DNA from: Candidatus Spongiisociaceae bacterium
Lineage (GTDB): Bacteria; Actinomycetota; Acidimicrobiia; Spongiisociales; Spongiisociaceae
NCBI GenBank assembly: GCA_965202665.1
Contig: OZ241841.1
Coordinates: forward strand, 2,016,001 to 2,080,000
Length of the DNA stretch: 64,000 nucleotides
Direction: 5' to 3'
Below, piece after piece: positions 59,591 through 64,000 of this stretch (position 1 is the first letter of the stretch; the number at the start of each line of letters is the position of its first letter). The notes beneath the pieces are model-generated. The model did no database searches, was not told the origin of the DNA, and saw only the letters and a list, made by a program, of their open reading frames with translations. The position numbers and the translations under genes were made by a program.

Positions 59591-61270
59591 TTACAGGCCT
59601 TCGGCGGTTAGGGCTTGTTCGTAGTCGGCTAGGGCGTTTTGGGCGCGGGACGGGGGCCAGTTCAGTTCTTGGGCTAGGACTTCTGCGATGGCTGGGGCGT
59701 CGGAGCGGCCCCGGTCGGGGGAAATCCGGGCCAGATGGGTGCGGCGCAGGGCGAAATCAGCCACCGACCCCGCCGATTCGCACCGGGCGGCGTAGGCGAC
59801 TTCGGCCCGGATTATTCCGCTGGGGCCGACGGGGGCCAGTCCGTTGGGGATTTGCCCCGCTAGGCGCAGCACCGCCTCGCTTTCCCGGCCGTAGCGGGCG
59901 ATCAGGTTGCGTCCATAGCCGGCCGGCAACCCCAGGGCCTCCGCCCGGCGGAGCAACCCGGCGGCAAAGCCCCCCCCGGTACCCGCCCCCACCAGCGTCT
60001 CCCCGGCGGTGCGGGACGGCTTGTCCACTCCCAGAAAAGCGCACGCCCGGTCCACCGCCTCGGCGGCGATAGCGCGGAAAGCGGTCAGTTTGCCCCCCGC
60101 GATGCGCAGGCAACCGGGGACTGGTTCCAGAATCTTGTGCCCCCGGGAGGCGGCGGCGGTGGAACCGCTCCGGTCGGCCAGCGCCCGCAACCCGGCGAAG
60201 GCCGACACCGGTTCCGCCCCGTCCGCATCCAGAAAACGCGCCAGCCGTTCCCGCAGGTATTCCACATCCTCCGGTTCCGGCCGGACCCCGGCGGGATGGC
60301 CCTCATAGGGAGTGTCCGTGGTCCCCGCCAGGGCCATCCCCAGCCAGGGAACCACGAACATAATGCGGCCGTCCCCGGTGTCGGGCAGCACCAACGCCCG
60401 ATCCCGCATCCCCAGATCCTCAGCCCGGTACAGCAAATGCGCCCCTTTGGAAAGGCGCATCCCCGGCCCGGGCGGTTCGCCTTCCAGCGGAGGCGGAGGG
60501 TGGGCCCACGTCGCCGAAATAACGCTGCGGGCCAGAATCTGGAAACTTCCCTCTTCGTCCCGCAGGGTCGCCCGGAAGCCTTCCCGGTCGGGGGCGATGC
60601 TTTCCACGGCCGCCCCGGAGAGCGCAGTCGCCCCGTGCCGGAGAACCGCCGTTTTCAGCACGCAAACGGTCAAGCGGACGTCGTCGGTGGAGGCGTCCCC
60701 GTAGATGAACCCTCCCCGCAGGCCCTCCGTGCGCAAGGCGGGAAACATCTCCGCCACCTCCCCGGCCGCCGCCCGGCGGCTGCGGGCCCCGCCCCGGCGG
60801 CCTCCCAGCAGGTCGTACATCCCCAGCCCCGTCCGCAACAGCGGCGACAGGGCCGGCCCGAAGGAGGCCCAGCGGGGAAGATCGGCCAAACCCGTTCCCC
60901 GGAACAGGGGAATGGTGAAATCCAGATCCGAATACAGGAAGTCGGCGGTGCGGCGCAGGATGTTCCGCTCCCGCAACCCCTCCCGGATCAGGCCGAACCG
61001 GAAATGGGGCAGGTAGCGGATCCCCCCGTGCAGCAGTTTGGTCGACTTTCCGGAGGCCCCCGAGGCGAAATCCGCCCGCTCCGCCAAGGCGGTGCGCAAC
61101 CCCCGCCCGGCCGCGTCCAAGGCCAGGGCGGAGCCGATTACGCCGCCGCCCGCCACCAGCAGGTCCCAGCGGGCGCCGTCGGCCAACTCCCGCCGGGCCC
61201 GCTCCCGCGTCCACCGCGCCCCTGCGGCGGGGCCGCCGGGGCGGGAAACAGGTTGGGAGGGCATGGCCAT
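59591..61270 (-). CDS. glpD: FAD-dependent glycerol-3-phosphate dehydrogenase/oxidase
   Basis: GGGVIG, ASGKSTKLLHGGIRYL, GTTD and GGKLT. Confidence 0.9.
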   Translation of the reverse strand: MAMPSQPVSRPGGPAAGARWTRERARRELADGARWDLLVAGGGVIGSALALDAAGRGLRTALAERADFASGASGKSTKLLHGGIRYLPHFRFGLIREGLRERNILRRTADFLYSDLDFTIPLFRGTGLADLPRWASFGPALSPLLRTGLGMYDLLGGRRGGARSRRAAAGEVAEMFPALRTEGLRGGFIYGDASTDDVRLTVCVLKTAVLRHGATALSGAAVESIAPDREGFRATLRDEEGSFQILARSVISATWAHPPPPLEGEPPGPGMRLSKGAHLLYRAEDLGMRDRALVLPDTGDGRIMFVVPWLGMALAGTTDTPYEGHPAGVRPEPEDVEYLRERLARFLDADGAEPVSAFAGLRALADRSGSTAAASRGHKILEPVPGCLRIAGGKLTAFRAIAAEAVDRACAFLGVDKPSRTAGETLVGAGTGGGFAAGLLRRAEALGLPAGYGRNLIARYGRESEAVLRLAGQIPNGLAPVGPSGIIRAEVAYAARCESAGSVADFALRRTHLARISPDRGRSDAPAIAEVLAQELNWPPSRAQNALADYEQALTAEGL

Positions 61271-61349
61271 AGGTTAACGGGGGCCGAACTTAACATCCGC
61301 CGGGCGTGTAACCTTAGGGCGGGCGGGTAGGAACCGGGCGGAAGGAATC

Positions 61350-61916
61350 ATCATCACCGTACCTGATCGTTTGGCGTTGTTGCGGGTCGTGCTGGTCCCG
61401 GTCATTATCGCCTTGGTGCTGGCCACCGAGAACACCGGCTTGGACAACCTGTTCGGGGTGGCGACCATCCTGGTGGCGGTGGCCGCCCTGTCCGACTTCT
61501 TCGACGGTTTTTTGGCCCGCCGCTGGGGGATAACGAGCGTGGTGGGGGCGTTTTTGGACACCACCGCCGACAAAATACTGGTCAGCGGGGTTCTGATCGC
61601 TTTGGCGTCGGTGGGCCGGGCGTCTGTTTGGGTGACCTGCATCATCATGACCCGCGAGTTTGCGGTAATGGCGGTACGCAGCGCGGCGGCCGTGGACGGA
61701 CGAATGGTCCCCTCCTCTTTCGCCGGCAAAACCAAAGCCCTTTTCCAGTTCATCGCCCTCGGGTTGGCGATGATGCGCCTCCCCGAACCTTGGGGTCCCT
61801 TCTATTTGGACCAGTACTGGATGTGGCTGACCGCGGTCATCACCATCGTCTCCGGATGGGATTACTTCGTCCGCTTCCGGGAGTCGGTGCGGTCCGCCGG
61901 GAGCGGGCGCCCGTGA
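61350..61916 (+). CDS. pgsA: CDP-alcohol phosphatidyltransferase (PgsA-like); start uncertain (ATC 61350/61353 or TTG 61371)
   Basis: DFFDGFLARR...GAFLDTTADK motif, REF, GKTKA..Q. Confidence 0.88.
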   Translation: MITVPDRLALLRVVLVPVIIALVLATENTGLDNLFGVATILVAVAALSDFFDGFLARRWGITSVVGAFLDTTADKILVSGVLIALASVGRASVWVTCIIMTREFAVMAVRSAAAVDGRMVPSSFAGKTKALFQFIALGLAMMRLPEPWGPFYLDQYWMWLTAVITIVSGWDYFVRFRESVRSAGSGRP

Positions 61917-62890
61917 CCGGCCCGGTTCTGGTCACCGGCGGCACCGGGTTGGTGGGTTCCTCCCTAATGGCCCGGTTGCTGGAGGAAGGACGGGAAGTGC
62001 GGGCCCTGGCTCGCTCCGCGGACGCGGCTGAAACCCTGTCCCGCGCCGGCGCCGTCCCGGTCAGGGGCGACATCACCGACGGCGATTCCCTGGCCGAGGG
62101 GTTCGACGGGTGCGAAATGGTCTATCACGTAGCGGGCCGGGTGGAGTTTTGTCCCCGCGACCCGCATCTGCTGTACGAGGCGAACGTGGGGGGGACCCGC
62201 AACGTGATGCGGGCCGCCCGCCGGGCCGGGGTGCGGAGGGTGGTGTACACCTCGTCGGTGGTGGCGTTGGGCGAGCAGCCCGGGGCGGTGGGGTCGGAGG
62301 CCTCCGTTCACCGGGGGTGGTTCATGACCCACTACGAACGTTCCAAATACGAGGGGGAGGCGGCGGCATTCGCCGAAGCGGGGGATATGGAGGTGGTGGC
62401 GGTCCTGCCCGCCTCCGTGCAGGGCGCGGGCCGCTCCCGGGGCAGCGGCCTTTTGCTCCTCAACCTGATCAACGAACGTTACCGGGTGATGACCGACTCC
62501 TATTTTTCCATCGTCGACATGGACGACTGCGCCCGCGGCCATGTGCTGGCCGGGGAGCGGGGGACGCCCGGAAGCCGCTACGTGTTGAGCGGTTTCACCT
62601 GCACGGTGCGGGAGTTGACGGCGATGCTGGACGACATGATCGGCCGCCGCTCCCGAATACGCTATCTGCCGAAATGGTCGTTGCTCCCCCTCAGCCCGGT
62701 TGCCGGCCTGCTGGGGAGGTACGTCAAATCGGCCCCGGTGTGCGCGGAGACGGTGCGTTTGGCCAGGGCCGGGGCCCGCTACGACGGTTCGCGGGCCGCC
62801 CGGGAGTTGGGGTTGGCCTACCGAACCGCCCGCCAAACCCTGGCCCAAACCCTGGACTGGTTCCGGGCGGAAGGTTTGACTTCGGTCTGA
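61913..62890 (+). CDS. NAD-dependent epimerase/dehydratase (dihydroflavonol reductase/HpnA-like SDR)
   Basis: VTGGTGLVG, GDITD, HVAG, YTSS and YERSK; GTGA overlap. Confidence 0.9.
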   Translation: MTGPVLVTGGTGLVGSSLMARLLEEGREVRALARSADAAETLSRAGAVPVRGDITDGDSLAEGFDGCEMVYHVAGRVEFCPRDPHLLYEANVGGTRNVMRAARRAGVRRVVYTSSVVALGEQPGAVGSEASVHRGWFMTHYERSKYEGEAAAFAEAGDMEVVAVLPASVQGAGRSRGSGLLLLNLINERYRVMTDSYFSIVDMDDCARGHVLAGERGTPGSRYVLSGFTCTVRELTAMLDDMIGRRSRIRYLPKWSLLPLSPVAGLLGRYVKSAPVCAETVRLARAGARYDGSRAARELGLAYRTARQTLAQTLDWFRAEGLTSV

Positions 62891-62909
62891 GAAACCCCGG
62901 ACTTTGAGG

Positions 62910-64000
62910 ATGGACGAACCCTCCGCCGCTCCTTTGGCGCGCCTGCTGGACCTGTGGCCCCCGCAACTTTTCCCGGCCTCGCCGGGACGGGCGACGGTGC
63001 CGGCCGCCGCCCGCCCGTATGTGGTCGCCGGTTTGGCCGCCGGGCGGGGAAGCGGGGCGGGGGGGCCGTTGCTGGCGGTGGCGCCCACCGAACGGGAAGC
63101 CGAGGAGTTGGCGGCCGACGCGCGTCTCTACCGGGAGGGGACGTTGCTGTTGCCCGCCTGGGAGACACTGCCCTTCGAGCATGTCTCGCCCAACGCGTCC
63201 ACCATGGCCCGCCGGGCCGAGGCCCGTTGCGTTTTGGCCGACGGAACGGCCGGGCGGGCGGTGGTGGCCTCGGTGCGGGCGGTGATGCAGCGGGTCAGCC
63301 CCTCCGACCCCCGCCCGCTGACGGTGGTTCCCGGAATGGAAACCGACTTCGAGAACCTGGTGCGGCGGTTGGACGAACTCGGTTACGCCCGCACCGACCG
63401 GGTGGAAACCCGGGGGGAGTTCGCGGTGCGGGGCGGAGTTTTGGATGTTTTCCCGGCCGGGGCGGAGCAACCGGTGCGAGCCGACTTTTGGGGGGAGCGG
63501 GTGGAGGAGTTGCGGGTGTTTTCGGCCGCCTCCCAACGCTCGGTGGGGACGGCGGACCGGTTGGAGATCTTCCCGGCCCGCGAGTTCCGCCCCGACGGGC
63601 CGGTGCGGGAAGCCGCCCGCCGGTTGGCGGCCGGCCAGCCGTGGGCGTCCGACGCCTGGGACCGTTTGGCGTCCGGAATGAGGTTTCCGGGCATGGAATC
63701 CTGGTTGCCGTGGCTGGCCCCGGAGCGCAACGTCCTCCATGATTTTTCACCGCAGGGGACTTTGCTTCTGTTCGACCCGGCCGGATGCCGTCGGCGGGCC
63801 CGGGAACTGATGGACGAGGAACGGGATCTGGCCCGGGATTTGGCCGGCGCATGGGGGGCGGACCGCCCCGGCCGCAACCCGTCCCTCTTCCTGGATTTGC
63901 ATCCCCCCGACCGCTTGCAACGGGTGTGGGAATGCCCCGCGCTGCCCACCGGCCCCGGCCAACCGGGGATCGAAACCGGGGGGTTCGACGCCCGGGCCGG
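62910..64000 (+). CDS. mfd: Transcription-repair coupling factor, N-terminal part (runs off the window)
   Basis: Own translation from ATG 62910: PAWETLPFEHVSP, GYARTDRVETRGEFAVRGGVLDVFP, GMESWLP. Confidence 0.9.
   Translation, partial: MDEPSAAPLARLLDLWPPQLFPASPGRATVPAAARPYVVAGLAAGRGSGAGGPLLAVAPTEREAEELAADARLYREGTLLLPAWETLPFEHVSPNASTMARRAEARCVLADGTAGRAVVASVRAVMQRVSPSDPRPLTVVPGMETDFENLVRRLDELGYARTDRVETRGEFAVRGGVLDVFPAGAEQPVRADFWGERVEELRVFSAASQRSVGTADRLEIFPAREFRPDGPVREAARRLAAGQPWASDAWDRLASGMRFPGMESWLPWLAPERNVLHDFSPQGTLLLFDPAGCRRRARELMDEERDLARDLAGAWGADRPGRNPSLFLDLHPPDRLQRVWECPALPTGPGQPGIETGGFDARA

Noticed and set aside
1-64000. tRNA, rRNA, IS elements, integrases, prophage genes
   Set aside because: None recognised by eye; a tRNAscan/Infernal/ISfinder run would be needed to exclude small or degenerate ones.

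Overview
High-GC actinobacterial chromosome segment, most likely class Acidimicrobiia. This is inferred from a WhiB gene, the actinobacterial coiled-coil insertion in RpoC, an SLH-domain protein and many leaderless TANNNT promoters. 1-4.7 kb holds a nucleoside/sugar ABC transporter and a YdjC deacetylase. 4.7-6.2 kb holds an accessory STAND-like ATPase behind a 77-bp tandem promoter/operator repeat. 6.3-38 kb is the core transcription/translation superoperon (rplJL-rpoBC, str, S10, spc, alpha, truA). 38-64 kb holds metabolic and housekeeping genes (acyl-CoA carboxylase, ACAD, WhiB, MscS, AlaX, ProA, MMPL, HisC, fused E1, GlpD, PgsA, Mfd) with small accessory insertions. The most unusual signals are: (1) an RpoC with a ~300-aa C-terminal coiled-coil/amphipathic extension, a translationally coupled orphan ORF, an internal 42-aa duplicated module and loss of the second Zn site; (2) a tuf gene recoded almost entirely to G/T-ending codons (GRINS-like skew), with mirror-image A/C skew at several gene ends; (3) the repeated promoter/palindrome upstream of the ATPase; (4) a long Zn-independent S14 flanked by direct repeats. 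No rRNA, tRNA, CRISPR-Cas or transposase was recognised. All calls come from reading the sequence and ORF track by eye; no database searches were run.
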